Below, in pieces: positions 40,178 through 49,376 of a stretch of DNA of 56,695 bases; the first letter of the stretch is position 1; every line of letters starts with the position of its first letter. The position numbers and the translations under genes are program-made. This DNA is from a virus, in IMG/VR virus record IMGVR_UViG_3300046063_000009. The stretch is one strand, 5' to 3'. Below the pieces are notes generated by a model. The model saw only the letters and a program-made list of their open reading frames with translations. It did not search any database and was not told the origin of the DNA.

Positions 40178-41518
40178 TCACACCCCTCCGAGTTTGCCGG
40201 TCCGCGCTGGCAACCAGCAAATCTTCGCCGGTACGATGTCCTCTATTGTGACCGAGTGGCACACCATCTTGTCCCGAAAGAGCGTAAAGCGCATCCTCCG
40301 CACGCTTCCGACCGGTCCGCGAACGGTTTTCGACCGGATCACCTCGTCGTCCACGATCAGCGAGCCCGTCACGGTTAGCTCGCCCTGTGGGATCGCGCCG
40401 CCAGCCGTGTACTGCTCGCCAAGGACGACCTCGCACTCGACGCGGATCTGTTGGGGGTAGACTGGGTTCGCCGGCTCGATGCTCATGTTCTGGAAGGTAG
40501 CGATGTCGCCAGGATCCTCCGGGGCCGCCGGGTCGTTCGGCGAGCGCGTCGGTGTCGTCGGCGGTCCGCGCTGACTAGTGTGAATCTCCTGTCCGTAGAT
40601 CTCAGCGGTTCCCGAGGGCACGTTCTCGCCGTCGAAGGTAGTGCCAGGTTGCTCGTGGACTCGGATACCGGCGGTAGGTTGACCGTCCTCGCCTTTCACA
40701 TCCGACCCGATCCCTGGTGTGGTCCCGAAGTCGCTCTCGTAGTCGGCGTACGAATCCTTCCCATCGACGGTCTGCTGGTAGGCATCATAGCCAGCCTGGT
40801 CGCTCCCATACCGCTGCTGGGCTTTGGCGACGTGCTTGTCGGCTTCCTCTTGACTCCAGCCTTTATCCAGGAGGTCCTGTTTGTACTCGCTCCATGAGGA
40901 AGCGTCTGAGACCCGGTCCTGAAACTGCTCGTAGTCACCACCATCGGCCCACTTGTACGACCCGTTCGAGCCCGCCCCGCTCGCGACGTCGTAGCCCTGG
41001 CCGTTCTGTTCGTAGTCGCTCTTGAAGGAGTCGAAGCCAGCTTGATCGCTGCCGTATTCGGCCTGCTGGTCGGCGATGGTCGAGTCGGCCTCGCTCCCCG
41101 AGTAGCCGTTGTTCACGAGGTAGTCGCGGTACTCGCTCCAGCTATCGACCGAACTGTCACCCCCGTAACTCCCGTCCGTGTTCGAGAGGTCGTCGTTCGT
41201 CAGGTAGTCTTTGTACTCATCGAAGCTGCTGTATCGGTTCTTCGCATCCGTCGTGATCGCGCTCGCCTCGCTCGGCGTGTACCCGTTCTTGACCAGGTAG
41301 TCCTCGTACTCTGAATACGAATCCACTGAGTCGGGGGAGCCGTCGCCGTCGGGGTCCCACGATCCCCCCTGTCCTCCTTCGAGATCGTTCTGGAAGTCGG
41401 GGAAGTCCCCGGTCCCGCGTCTGAATCGGTCAGTGTCGTCACTGACGGGCGATTCCTCGCTGATCGGCCGGATGAGGCCGGCCCATATCTTCTTTTTCTC
41501 GCGGCTGAGTGCTGGCAT
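40178..41518 (-). CDS. Tail/baseplate protein with SWSEY(R/K)DYL repeats and a C-terminal Ig-like domain
   Basis: Three to four copies of S(W/Y)SEYxDYLxxNGYxxSEA... Confidence 0.6.
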   Translation of the reverse strand: MPALSREKKKIWAGLIRPISEESPVSDDTDRFRRGTGDFPDFQNDLEGGQGGSWDPDGDGSPDSVDSYSEYEDYLVKNGYTPSEASAITTDAKNRYSSFDEYKDYLTNDDLSNTDGSYGGDSSVDSWSEYRDYLVNNGYSGSEADSTIADQQAEYGSDQAGFDSFKSDYEQNGQGYDVASGAGSNGSYKWADGGDYEQFQDRVSDASSWSEYKQDLLDKGWSQEEADKHVAKAQQRYGSDQAGYDAYQQTVDGKDSYADYESDFGTTPGIGSDVKGEDGQPTAGIRVHEQPGTTFDGENVPSGTAEIYGQEIHTSQRGPPTTPTRSPNDPAAPEDPGDIATFQNMSIEPANPVYPQQIRVECEVVLGEQYTAGGAIPQGELTVTGSLIVDDEVIRSKTVRGPVGSVRRMRFTLFRDKMVCHSVTIEDIVPAKICWLPARTGKLGGV

Positions 41519-41523
41519 GAGTA

Positions 41524-42108
41524 TTAGTCTCCGTTGCGCTCTCCCGTCCCGGTAGCCTCGTCCTCGCTGTTAGCTTCCCCCTCCCGCAGACCGAGTGGAT
41601 CGGCCCGCCCGAGCCGGCCTAACCACTTAATCTCAACCTTCGCGGACGCCGGATCGACTACGTACCACACGGCAGTCGAGAGCATCAACACGCCCATCGT
41701 GACTGCCAGCACGCCGTAGGCGGCAAATTGGTGCTCCAGACTCCCTACTGACGTGTAGCGGAAGGCCACATACCCGGCGAGTAGGCTCCCGAGTATCCAG
41801 AGCCACGAGCGCACCTCTGCCGACGGTAGCAGTCTCCCGCTCACCTGCTCGGGTGTGCTTCGATTTCGCCCTGGAACCGAGTCGCTACGAACCTCAGCCG
41901 GTGCCTCCTGCATGGTACGGATCTCGACCAGGATAGCGAAGCACACCACGCCCAGCAGCACCCACGGGAGAGCGTATAGCCACTGGGTGAGGGTAATGCT
42001 CCCAGCGAGCAGCGGCGTCGTCCACGCGATGAACACTACCACCCCGCCGAGGATCACGGCTCCATCGAAGTGATCGCCGTCGCCTGCCGTCGAGTCGCTA
42101 CTGGACAT
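41524..42108 (-). CDS. Multi-pass membrane protein (4-5 TM) inside the tail module
   Basis: Trimmed to the ATG at 42108 (MSSSDSTAGDGDHFDGAVILGGVVVFIAWTTPLLAG...). Confidence 0.65.
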   Translation of the reverse strand: MSSSDSTAGDGDHFDGAVILGGVVVFIAWTTPLLAGSITLTQWLYALPWVLLGVVCFAILVEIRTMQEAPAEVRSDSVPGRNRSTPEQVSGRLLPSAEVRSWLWILGSLLAGYVAFRYTSVGSLEHQFAAYGVLAVTMGVLMLSTAVWYVVDPASAKVEIKWLGRLGRADPLGLREGEANSEDEATGTGERNGD

Positions 42109-43579
42109 GGCCTGTGAGTCCGATCGTAGCGATGCCGGAGGTATTAGTGCTCGTCTCGGAGACCACGAACTCACCGAGCACGGGTCTGCGGTTCGGCGGG
42201 TCCCAGCGCACGGGGAGGCGCTGGCCGGATCGGATCGCGTGAAAGCGACGGTCGGCGATCTCGAAGGTCATCGCCGTTTCCTCCCAAGCGTTCTCGGCGA
42301 GAAACCCCTGCGCGCGAGCGAGTGCTTCCCGGTTTGTTTGGATCTTCGGGTCCGACAGTGGCTCCGATCGTGGCGAAACCCCATAGAACTGGATCGAGGC
42401 GTCGTCACGAGCGGCCACCTGGACGTCGCCCGCTCCCTGCACCGTCACCTCGTTCACCACGTCGTCGTAATCGCGGTCGATCTCCGCGCTCACGACCGCC
42501 GTGCTGTCGTAGTCGATCGACAGCCCACTCGGTGCGGGTGTGCTCCCCGTCGGTTCGTAGTGTAGCACGTCGTTGCGGTCAACCCAGGAGGTCGCCTGAT
42601 CCTCCGTGCCAAGCGTCTCGATCAGTTCGAAGACCGTGCTATCGACCCGGCGCGTGATCGTTCGACCGCTGTTCTCGACCCCACCCGTCCCCAGGTCGGG
42701 GCCGCCGCCGAGCGTACGCTGGCGAACCGCGATCGGTTTCGTTCGGCAGTGATCGATGAGCGCACCCCGTGGCTCGCCCAGTGGCGAGGTGATCTCGAAC
42801 CTATAGCGCAGCGTCCCCCCGCCGAGTTCGGCGGTGATAAGGTCGCCCCTCGGTGTGGCGTCCTCCGCACGGAGCCGGTAGGTCTCGAAGCCGGTGGCCG
42901 GACCCGAGTCGCTGTCGCCAAGCGGCCAGACGTACTGATGGGTTCCGTCGTGCAGCGCCACCTCCGCTCGAAACTGCCCCCCCTCGTTGTTCACCAGCAC
43001 GCGCGTTACCAGCTCGGCGACCTGGCCCTCGCCAGGGATCGCGCCCGCCGGCACCCCTGAGTAGGTCGCAGCGTACTCGCCGGCCGCGCCGCCGCGCCAC
43101 CCGGCGAACAGCATATCCGCACCGTACTGCCGGTACGTATCGCTCTGGAAGTCACAGACCTCGAACACGGGGATGTTCGCGCTCCACCCGTCGGGGCTGC
43201 TGCCGGTATGCACTGTCACCGCACTCTCCTGCCGAGCGCGCGTCTCGATCGCCCGCCGGATGATCTTCCCCGTATCCATCTCGTAGAACGGCCGGTTGAC
43301 GTCTACCTGCTGGAGTCCATAGCGATTGTCGCGCACGTCCAGCCCGAGGAAGCCACCGTTGCCCTCGACGGAGGGCTGGCCGACCAGCGTGCCGGTGAAC
43401 TCCGTCTCGCCGTCGCGGGTTACGATCACCTGGTCGCCGCTGTCGATCCCTCGGTTCGCGTCCGTGTTCGTCACGGTGAGCGTCCCCCGCCCGAGCCGGG
43501 TGCCGTCGGCGCTATCGAGGCTCACGTCCACCAGGCCATCGACCGGCGCTCCGTCCGCTGTCGCCTCCCAGACGGGCAT
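42098..43579 (-). CDS. Baseplate hub / distal-tail (Tal/Dit-like) protein (position-based)
   Basis: 493 aa, three genes downstream of the tape measure gene. Confidence 0.5.
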   Translation of the reverse strand: MPVWEATADGAPVDGLVDVSLDSADGTRLGRGTLTVTNTDANRGIDSGDQVIVTRDGETEFTGTLVGQPSVEGNGGFLGLDVRDNRYGLQQVDVNRPFYEMDTGKIIRRAIETRARQESAVTVHTGSSPDGWSANIPVFEVCDFQSDTYRQYGADMLFAGWRGGAAGEYAATYSGVPAGAIPGEGQVAELVTRVLVNNEGGQFRAEVALHDGTHQYVWPLGDSDSGPATGFETYRLRAEDATPRGDLITAELGGGTLRYRFEITSPLGEPRGALIDHCRTKPIAVRQRTLGGGPDLGTGGVENSGRTITRRVDSTVFELIETLGTEDQATSWVDRNDVLHYEPTGSTPAPSGLSIDYDSTAVVSAEIDRDYDDVVNEVTVQGAGDVQVAARDDASIQFYGVSPRSEPLSDPKIQTNREALARAQGFLAENAWEETAMTFEIADRRFHAIRSGQRLPVRWDPPNRRPVLGEFVVSETSTNTSGIATIGLTGHVQ

Positions 43580-43583
43580 CGTA

Positions 43584-43796
43584 TCAGCGACTCACCCGCT
43601 GGCCTTTGAACAGCGGCGGCCCGACCGACTCCGCTCCATAGTTGAGGGCCTTTCGCACCGGCTCACCGCCCTCCGAGACGAATAGGACCGTACCGAACTC
43701 GCTCTCGCTGTCGTCCTCGGGTCGGCTTGGGTACGTCTGATTTCGGCGGCTGAGTAGTTCGCGCAGATCACACAACGGCAGGCGGTCGTGGCTCAT
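43584..43796 (-). CDS. Hypothetical protein (70 aa)
   Basis: ATG start with an ATGA overlap. Confidence 0.55.
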   Translation of the reverse strand: MSHDRLPLCDLRELLSRRNQTYPSRPEDDSESEFGTVLFVSEGGEPVRKALNYGAESVGPPLFKGQRVSR

Positions 43797-44143
43797 AGTC
43801 GCTCCCGCGGCTGCCGCTCGCGCTCACGGCCCCGCTCCCGATCGTTCTCGAGTTCCTGTCGGTGGCGCGCCCGCCCGATAGCGAGCGCGACGAACCCGAC
43901 CGTCACGAGGACCATCGCCACGATCCCACCGTTGATCGCCTTCGCGGTCTCCCCGGTGATGATCACCGCCTGGGCGCTGCCGAGTGCGAACGCGATTCCA
44001 ATGATGATACCGAGCGCGCCGCTACCGGCTAAGAAATCGGTGAGCAGCGTGGTGTGCTCGGCCGTCCGGTCAACTGCCGTCTGCCGGTCGTCGGGGGCGC
44101 TGCCGTCGCGCCCGGGGTCCGTTTTAGGTTTAGATGTGGGCAT
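43793..44143 (-). CDS. Membrane protein (2 TM) with a basic C-terminal tail, inside the tail module
   Basis: Trimmed to the ATG at 44143 (MPTSKPKTDPG...GALGIIIGIAFALGSAQAVIITG...GGIVAMVLVTVGFVALAIG...). Confidence 0.6.
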   Translation of the reverse strand: MPTSKPKTDPGRDGSAPDDRQTAVDRTAEHTTLLTDFLAGSGALGIIIGIAFALGSAQAVIITGETAKAINGGIVAMVLVTVGFVALAIGRARHRQELENDRERGRERERQPRERL

Positions 44144-44588
44144 CGATATGAGTGAACTCCAGGTCGAATCCGTACTCTTTCGCGAGGTCCTGGTCACGGT
44201 TTTCTTCTGCTCGGTACATCGTTAGCATCCCCGTAATCTGCCGGCCATCCCAGCGGAACTCATCGAGCCCGCCACCGCTGGTCGCCGCCGCAATAATGTC
44301 AGGTCCCCACTCTTTCGCTGCGCGTCGGAGTTCGTTCTCGAATCCGTAGTTGTCGTTCGAGTACGCTCCCGAGTTCGGGTAGTGGCTCGCCTCGGTGGCT
44401 TTCATCTCGCCGGTGATTTGGTAGGTCTCGGTGTTTATCACGATGTTCGTCCCGAAGATCTCGTTCAGCGTCGAGATCGCCGCCCGGGTGATCAGGTCGT
44501 TATCCAGCTTCACCTCGACACGGTTTGCTTTAAGCACGAACGTCTCGGTGCCGTCGGCCTTCACTAATTTCGTAGTAGGTTGTGCCAT
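44130..44588 (-). CDS. Distal tail protein-like (152 aa, position-based)
   Basis: Track ORF 44130..44969 trimmed to the ATG at 44588 (MAQPTTKLVKADGTETFVLK...). It lies directly after the tape measure stop. Confidence 0.55.
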   Translation of the reverse strand: MAQPTTKLVKADGTETFVLKANRVEVKLDNDLITRAAISTLNEIFGTNIVINTETYQITGEMKATEASHYPNSGAYSNDNYGFENELRRAAKEWGPDIIAAATSGGGLDEFRWDGRQITGMLTMYRAEENRDQDLAKEYGFDLEFTHIDAHI

Positions 44589-44622
44589 CTGTCTCTCCTG
44601 TGGTGGTATCGTAGTGGCCGAT

Positions 44623-46797
44623 TCAACGCCCGGAGTAGCCCGTCCGTAACCCGACGTCGGTGCCGATCTCCTCGGCGAGCATCCGGACGAGCTCTTGCAT
44701 CCGCGACCGCGACATTTGCGAGAGGTCCATCGTCTGATCGCCGATCTCGATAGTCCCGACGAGCGGCCCGTCGCCTGCCTGTCCACCGTTGGTCGCCTGG
44801 GCGGTCCCGCTACCGCCGCCCATCGCCTCCGCGAGCACGCCGCCGAGCGCCTCGGGATCGAACCCGCGCGACACGTCTGCGGGGGCTGGCACGACCGTCT
44901 CGCCTGGATGGAGCATCGCCGCTCCAGCCTGCTCGATGACCCCCCCGACGGCGAGCTGCGGCAGGTCAACCGTCGCCCCGCCGAAGGATTTCCCCCCGAC
45001 GTTGATCGTCGGCAACCCGACCGTCTCGGGAATCATCGCGTTCCAGGTGTCAGAAAAAATTGAACTCGCCGCTCTCGATACCGCGCCGGCCAGCCGCGAG
45101 ATCCGCCCGGGAAGCCGGCGTTCGAGATCGGCGATCGCGCTCCCCAACCGATCGAACGGTTTGAGCAGCGCCCTCTTCGCCGAGGACGCCACCCCGGTTA
45201 GCTTCTGCCACACGGTTCGACCCGCGCTCGCGCTCGTCCGAACGAGCCAGTCGTAGGTGCCCGTCACCCAATCGATCACGCCGCCTTTGAACCCCCTCCA
45301 CGCGCCGACCGCCGGCTGGACGACGTTCGTGTCGAGCCACTGGCCGACGCCGGCGAAGGTTCGCTCCCAGACATCGAAGAGCACGCCAGCGACCCGGCCA
45401 GCCTCACGGAAGCCAGCATCCACCGCCGGCACCAGCCCCTCGTCGATCTTTGAGGCGAAGCCGTTGATGAACCCCCCGAGCACGGCGATGATCCCGCCCC
45501 CACCGAGTGACCACGCGGTGAGGATCGCGTCGGCCGTCCCGGGGCCGATCCATTTGCGCAGCTTCTCGCCATACTCGCTGACCGTATCCATCACCCCGGA
45601 GTTCTGGAGCTGCCGAACGACCGCCACGCCAAGCGCCGCCCCGATCGCCGCTCCCCACGACTTCCCGCCCGCGAACTTGAGGATCGACCACCCGATCCGT
45701 AGCATCGACTTCAGCGGTCCCTTCAGTCTCCCGAGCCACCTCGCTGCCGTCTGGACGGCGCTACGGATGTACTGGCCGATGTTCAGCTTCGCGAACGCCC
45801 GGACGATCCTGCCGACCCACCCGCGCGCCCACTTCACAGCGCCACTGAGCGCCCCCCGGAGTGCCCCCGCTGCACGACTCGCGTACTGCCTGACCAGCCG
45901 CGGCAGCTCGCGGAGCCGGGGGATTCGAGCGAGCAGTCGGCCGACCCACTTCTTTACCCACCCGACGAGGCCTGACAGTTGCGCGCGGAACCACCGGGCC
46001 GCCTTCCCGGCGATCGCCTTTACGAGCTGCCACAGCCGCGCCAGTCGCGGGAACTTCGCCAGCAACCGACCGACCCACTTCTTTGCCCACCCGACCAGAG
46101 AACCGAGGAGCCGAGTAAACCAGCGCCACGCTTTGCCGGCGTACAGCTTGAGCGTCTGCCAAATCGCTCGCAGCGAAGGGAACTTCGATAACAGTCGGCC
46201 CACCCACTTCTTCGCCCACCCAACGAGTCGGCCAAGCGTCCCGGTAAACCAGCGCCATGCCTTCTGCGCGACCCCTTTGATGAACTGCCAGGCTTGCGAG
46301 AGCGAGGGGAGGCGGGCGAGGATGCGACTCACCCACTTCTTTACCCACCCGACAGCGCGCCCGAGAATCCCCTTGAGGAAGGCGACTGCTCTGCCGATCC
46401 ACTTCTTCACTAGAGACGGGATTGCCTTTAGCCGCTTCCAGATCGCCAGCACGCGGTTGATCGCCCGGAGTATCCACCCGATCGCCGAGCGGACGAGGCC
46501 CGCTGCCTTCCCGAACAGCCGGAGGATACCGAGCAACGACGTGAACTTCGCGATGAGGAAAAACAGCGTCCCGTTGAGCACCTCAGCCTTCGTATCGAAG
46601 CGATCGACCTGCCCCGAGGCCCGATCCATCGCCCCCGAGAACCGTCCCGTCTTCGCTGCGCCTCCGGCCATCCGACTGTTTGCGGCCTCCGTGCTCTCGG
46701 CGGCCTGCTGCGTCGCATCCTGGTACTTCTCAACTTCCTGCTGGGCCTCGTTGACCCCCGCGACCTTCGCTACCCACTCCAGCCCGCCGACGATCAC
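44623..46797 (-). CDS. Tail tape measure protein
   Basis: 724 aa, downstream of the chaperone pair. It has a helical repeat array, Gly-rich hydrophobic segments and a GTG start. Confidence 0.8.
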   Translation of the reverse strand: MIVGGLEWVAKVAGVNEAQQEVEKYQDATQQAAESTEAANSRMAGGAAKTGRFSGAMDRASGQVDRFDTKAEVLNGTLFFLIAKFTSLLGILRLFGKAAGLVRSAIGWILRAINRVLAIWKRLKAIPSLVKKWIGRAVAFLKGILGRAVGWVKKWVSRILARLPSLSQAWQFIKGVAQKAWRWFTGTLGRLVGWAKKWVGRLLSKFPSLRAIWQTLKLYAGKAWRWFTRLLGSLVGWAKKWVGRLLAKFPRLARLWQLVKAIAGKAARWFRAQLSGLVGWVKKWVGRLLARIPRLRELPRLVRQYASRAAGALRGALSGAVKWARGWVGRIVRAFAKLNIGQYIRSAVQTAARWLGRLKGPLKSMLRIGWSILKFAGGKSWGAAIGAALGVAVVRQLQNSGVMDTVSEYGEKLRKWIGPGTADAILTAWSLGGGGIIAVLGGFINGFASKIDEGLVPAVDAGFREAGRVAGVLFDVWERTFAGVGQWLDTNVVQPAVGAWRGFKGGVIDWVTGTYDWLVRTSASAGRTVWQKLTGVASSAKRALLKPFDRLGSAIADLERRLPGRISRLAGAVSRAASSIFSDTWNAMIPETVGLPTINVGGKSFGGATVDLPQLAVGGVIEQAGAAMLHPGETVVPAPADVSRGFDPEALGGVLAEAMGGGSGTAQATNGGQAGDGPLVGTIEIGDQTMDLSQMSRSRMQELVRMLAEEIGTDVGLRTGYSGR
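45784..46482 (-). repeat. About 5.4 tandem copies of a 129-nt (43-aa) unit within the tape measure gene
   Basis: VGW(V/A)KKWV recurs at aa 149, 192, 235 and 278 (and degenerate at 321). The units are Trp/Arg/Lys-rich, e.g. GWAKKWVGRLLSKFPSLRAIWQTLKLYAGKAWRWFTRLLGSLV. Confidence 0.85.
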
Positions 46798-46845
46798 GAT
46801 GCTTGCCCCCCACCCGCCTGCCGAGTGGTTGCGATAGCTATCGCG

Positions 46846-47184
46846 TTACTGCTCGCTGCGCTGCTGGCCGTCGCCGACGTTCGAGAGCCCCGCCTGCCGT
46901 CGAGCCCGATCGCCTTCCGCCTCGGCCCGATCGGACTTCGCCTGCTCGTGTTCCTGATGAAGCACGAGATACCGCCAGACCGAGTGTTCGGAGAGCCCGG
47001 GCGTCTCCTCGACGGATACCTCGCGGCGATACAGCGGCGGGTACACCCACCACAGACGTTTCGAGAGCCAGCGCCGTGTCCGTGCCCAGAAGCCAGACGG
47101 CTCCATGTACGTGCGCGTAACAGTGCGCTTCCCGAGCGTGGTCTCAAGCGGAACGTTGGCTTCTTTCGCCAGCAGCAGTTGCAT
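46846..47184 (-). CDS. Tail assembly chaperone, T-like frame (position-based)
   Basis: Lies between the G-like ORF and the tape measure gene. Its frame stays open upstream to 47265, overlapping the 3' end of the G-like ORF in the -1 frame. Confidence 0.45.
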   Translation of the reverse strand: MQLLLAKEANVPLETTLGKRTVTRTYMEPSGFWARTRRWLSKRLWWVYPPLYRREVSVEETPGLSEHSVWRYLVLHQEHEQAKSDRAEAEGDRARRQAGLSNVGDGQQRSEQ

Positions 47185-47207
47185 CGCATGGCGCTGGTAG
47201 AGACTGA

Positions 47208-47750
47208 CTACTGGGTTCTCCGGGCGCTCGTCTCGGATCGCTCGTCTGAGTTTTCCTCTTCGCCCTCATCGAGATCGACCCCGCCCGGATCGGGGAGGTG
47301 GCCTTCGAGCTGGGCACCAAGGTGCGAACTCAGCCCGGTCAGGAACGTGCTCAGGGTTGCGTTCTCCTCGTCGGCGAGCGACCAGTCGTCGGTTTTCGCC
47401 TCCGCGACCTCCCGGTAGTAGCGCTCCATCTGCACCTTCCCGCCGCCGCCGGCGGTCTGTTCGATACAGTCGCTCATGATCTGGTTCGTTCTGAACCAGC
47501 TTATATCGGTGAAATCAAACCACCATGCCCGCGGTGACCGCCCCTCGCTCTCGGCGACGTCCGGGTCCTCGGTGAGCACGACCCGCTCGGCATCGCTCGA
47601 GACCATCGCGTCCTGAAAGCTCCCGAGATCGTAATCGGCGTACTCCGCTGGGAGCCCCGTTTCCGGGTCGATCTCCTCGCGCCCCGCTTCCGAAGCCCCT
47701 GGCGTCTCGTCCTCTCGCCCGGCCACCGCTCGCCCCGATTCATTGTCCAT
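47208..47750 (-). CDS. Tail assembly chaperone, G-like (position-based)
   Basis: Acidic 180-aa protein. The ATG at 47750 lies 4 nt after a CGGGTAG element (the track start 47765 is a GTG). Confidence 0.5.
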   Translation of the reverse strand: MDNESGRAVAGREDETPGASEAGREEIDPETGLPAEYADYDLGSFQDAMVSSDAERVVLTEDPDVAESEGRSPRAWWFDFTDISWFRTNQIMSDCIEQTAGGGGKVQMERYYREVAEAKTDDWSLADEENATLSTFLTGLSSHLGAQLEGHLPDPGGVDLDEGEEENSDERSETSARRTQ

Positions 47751-47754
47751 CTGT

Positions 47755-47789
47755 CTACCCGGCACTCACGATAGACGGCAAATAAAATA
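47755..47789 (-). promoter_or_regulatory. Promoter candidate for the chaperone/tape-measure operon
   Basis: Coding strand reads TATTTTATTT...CCGGGTAGACAG-ATG. Confidence 0.4.
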
Positions 47790-48134
47790 CGTCGAGTATA
47801 GGGGTTGCTTTATCCACCCGATCGACACAACAGTAATGGAGGTCGCCTCCATTGGGTAGCCCGACCGCCGGAGGGCTGAGAAGGTCTGTGTCGTCGGACT
47901 TCAGTTCGGGTCCTCCGAACGGTCACGAACACGCTACCATGCGCGCGGCTTCCCCCCGCGCGGGTCGGCCCGGTCTTCCCTCCCCCCTGGTTGGCGGGCG
48001 ACCCCCAACCATCGCCGGCCCTCTCACCGCCGCCGTGAACCACCCGCCGATCACCTGCCGGAACCCGGACGGTTCACGGGGTTACTTCCGATATAATTAT
48101 AGCCAAATAAACCTCGGAACGAGTAGAGTTGCGC

Positions 48135-49376
48135 ATGGTAGACCACGAAACAATCGTTGTCGATGAGGACGACACACACAGACTCTCGCTTCGTGACGGC
48201 GACGTAGTCGAGAATCTGCTGATCGACATTACGGCCCCGGGCGCGGCCTGGGCGATCGACTGCTGGGGTGACGGCTGGGAGCTCCGTAACATCGGTATCG
48301 AGGGCAAGGTCGATCGGGCGACCGGGCCGAAGAAGGGCCTTCGTCCGGGCTGTCCCGAGGGCGGCCACGGGCTCGTCGAGAACTGCTACTTCTCCGGGCG
48401 GGCCTACGACATGGGCTGGGCCTGGGACTTCGGGAACTGCTGGATTCGGGCCAAGCACGCCGGCCACATCGACTTTCGATACGTCACCGTCGTCGATGCC
48501 GCTGACAACGGGATCTATGGGACGGGGCCGAACAAGGACGACTCGCCGCAGCGCGGCCACGGGACGGCAAAGATCGAGAAGTGCCACGCCGAGAACAACG
48601 GCAACGGGAGCTTTCGCCTGGGCGGAGCCGGGGCTGAGATCGCCGATTCGACTGTCCTGATTGAGCAGAAGACGCCGCCGACCACCCATCCGAACCCCCA
48701 CGGTGCTCGCGGCGTCGTCGCAGAGGGGGCGGACGGGATCGAGGTACGCGACTGCGACATCAAGTTCACCGGCACCGACGGGTATGGCGTCGCGGCAGTC
48801 GATAGCTGGACGGGAACCCCTATCGAGGTCTACGACTCCCGTATCACCGGGCCCATCGGCGATTCCGTTCGGCTCCACGACTCCGAACACGGCCCGCAGG
48901 CCGCCGACCCGACCCCCCGCCCGGGCGTCCCGCTGACCGCCAACCAGGCGGCGACCGGGGGCATCCCGGCGCGGCCGGAAAACGCGAAGTACGTGACGGT
49001 CCAGGGCGTCGGACAGCGCGGGGCTGGAGCTTTTGACTACGAGCTCCGGGCGGCCGGTGGGAAGATATGGCCCGGCGAGGACGCTTCCGCGGAAGACCGA
49101 ATCCACTCAGGACAGACAGTCGCCGAAGGCCGTGTCTGGGCTCCTTGGTTTGATGATTTCTGGGTGAGCCCCAGTGCGGACCTCGACGTCACGGTTGGAG
49201 ACGATCAGGCGCTGGTGACGCTCGACGGCGAGCCGCTCGACGTCGGTGTAATGGACCTTCCGAGCCAGCAAATAGATCAAGAGGCGGTCGAAAAGCGGGC
49301 GCGCGAGTTGTTCGAGCAATACCGAGCGGAGTTCCTTGACGAGACGGAAGCGTTCGTCGCGGAGTACGGCCAATGA
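48135..49376 (+). CDS. Right-handed beta-helix protein (pectate-lyase-like), putative glycan depolymerase
   Basis: VTVVDAADNGIYGTG, KCHAENNGNGSFRLGG and GVVAEGADGIEVRDCDIKFTGTDGYGVAAV are PbH1-like turns. ATG at 48135 with TATAATTATA / CAAATAAACC upstream. It is on the opposite strand to the surrounding tail genes. Confidence 0.65.
   Translation: MVDHETIVVDEDDTHRLSLRDGDVVENLLIDITAPGAAWAIDCWGDGWELRNIGIEGKVDRATGPKKGLRPGCPEGGHGLVENCYFSGRAYDMGWAWDFGNCWIRAKHAGHIDFRYVTVVDAADNGIYGTGPNKDDSPQRGHGTAKIEKCHAENNGNGSFRLGGAGAEIADSTVLIEQKTPPTTHPNPHGARGVVAEGADGIEVRDCDIKFTGTDGYGVAAVDSWTGTPIEVYDSRITGPIGDSVRLHDSEHGPQAADPTPRPGVPLTANQAATGGIPARPENAKYVTVQGVGQRGAGAFDYELRAAGGKIWPGEDASAEDRIHSGQTVAEGRVWAPWFDDFWVSPSADLDVTVGDDQALVTLDGEPLDVGVMDLPSQQIDQEAVEKRARELFEQYRAEFLDETEAFVAEYGQ

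Noticed and set aside
45257-46837. 526-aa plus-strand ORF
   Set aside because: It is antisense to the tape measure gene. It has Pro/Ser/Arg/Ala low-complexity composition, while the minus frame carries the 43-aa repeat architecture expected of a tape measure protein.
47800-48130. Possible tRNA or structured RNA in the divergent intergenic region (also 31200-31620)
   Set aside because: I could not fold any segment into a cloverleaf with a GTTC-type T-loop and a matching acceptor stem. Only short hairpins are present, such as GGTTGG...CCAACC at 47989-48012 and GTGAACC...GGTTCAC at 48035-48077. A tRNAscan or Infernal run would settle this.
48051-49106. 351-aa minus-strand ORF opposite the beta-helix gene
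   Set aside because: It is Gly/Arg/Pro/Val-rich without motifs. The plus-strand frame has PbH1-like beta-helix turns, acidic composition, a TATA-like element upstream and a coupled downstream gene.
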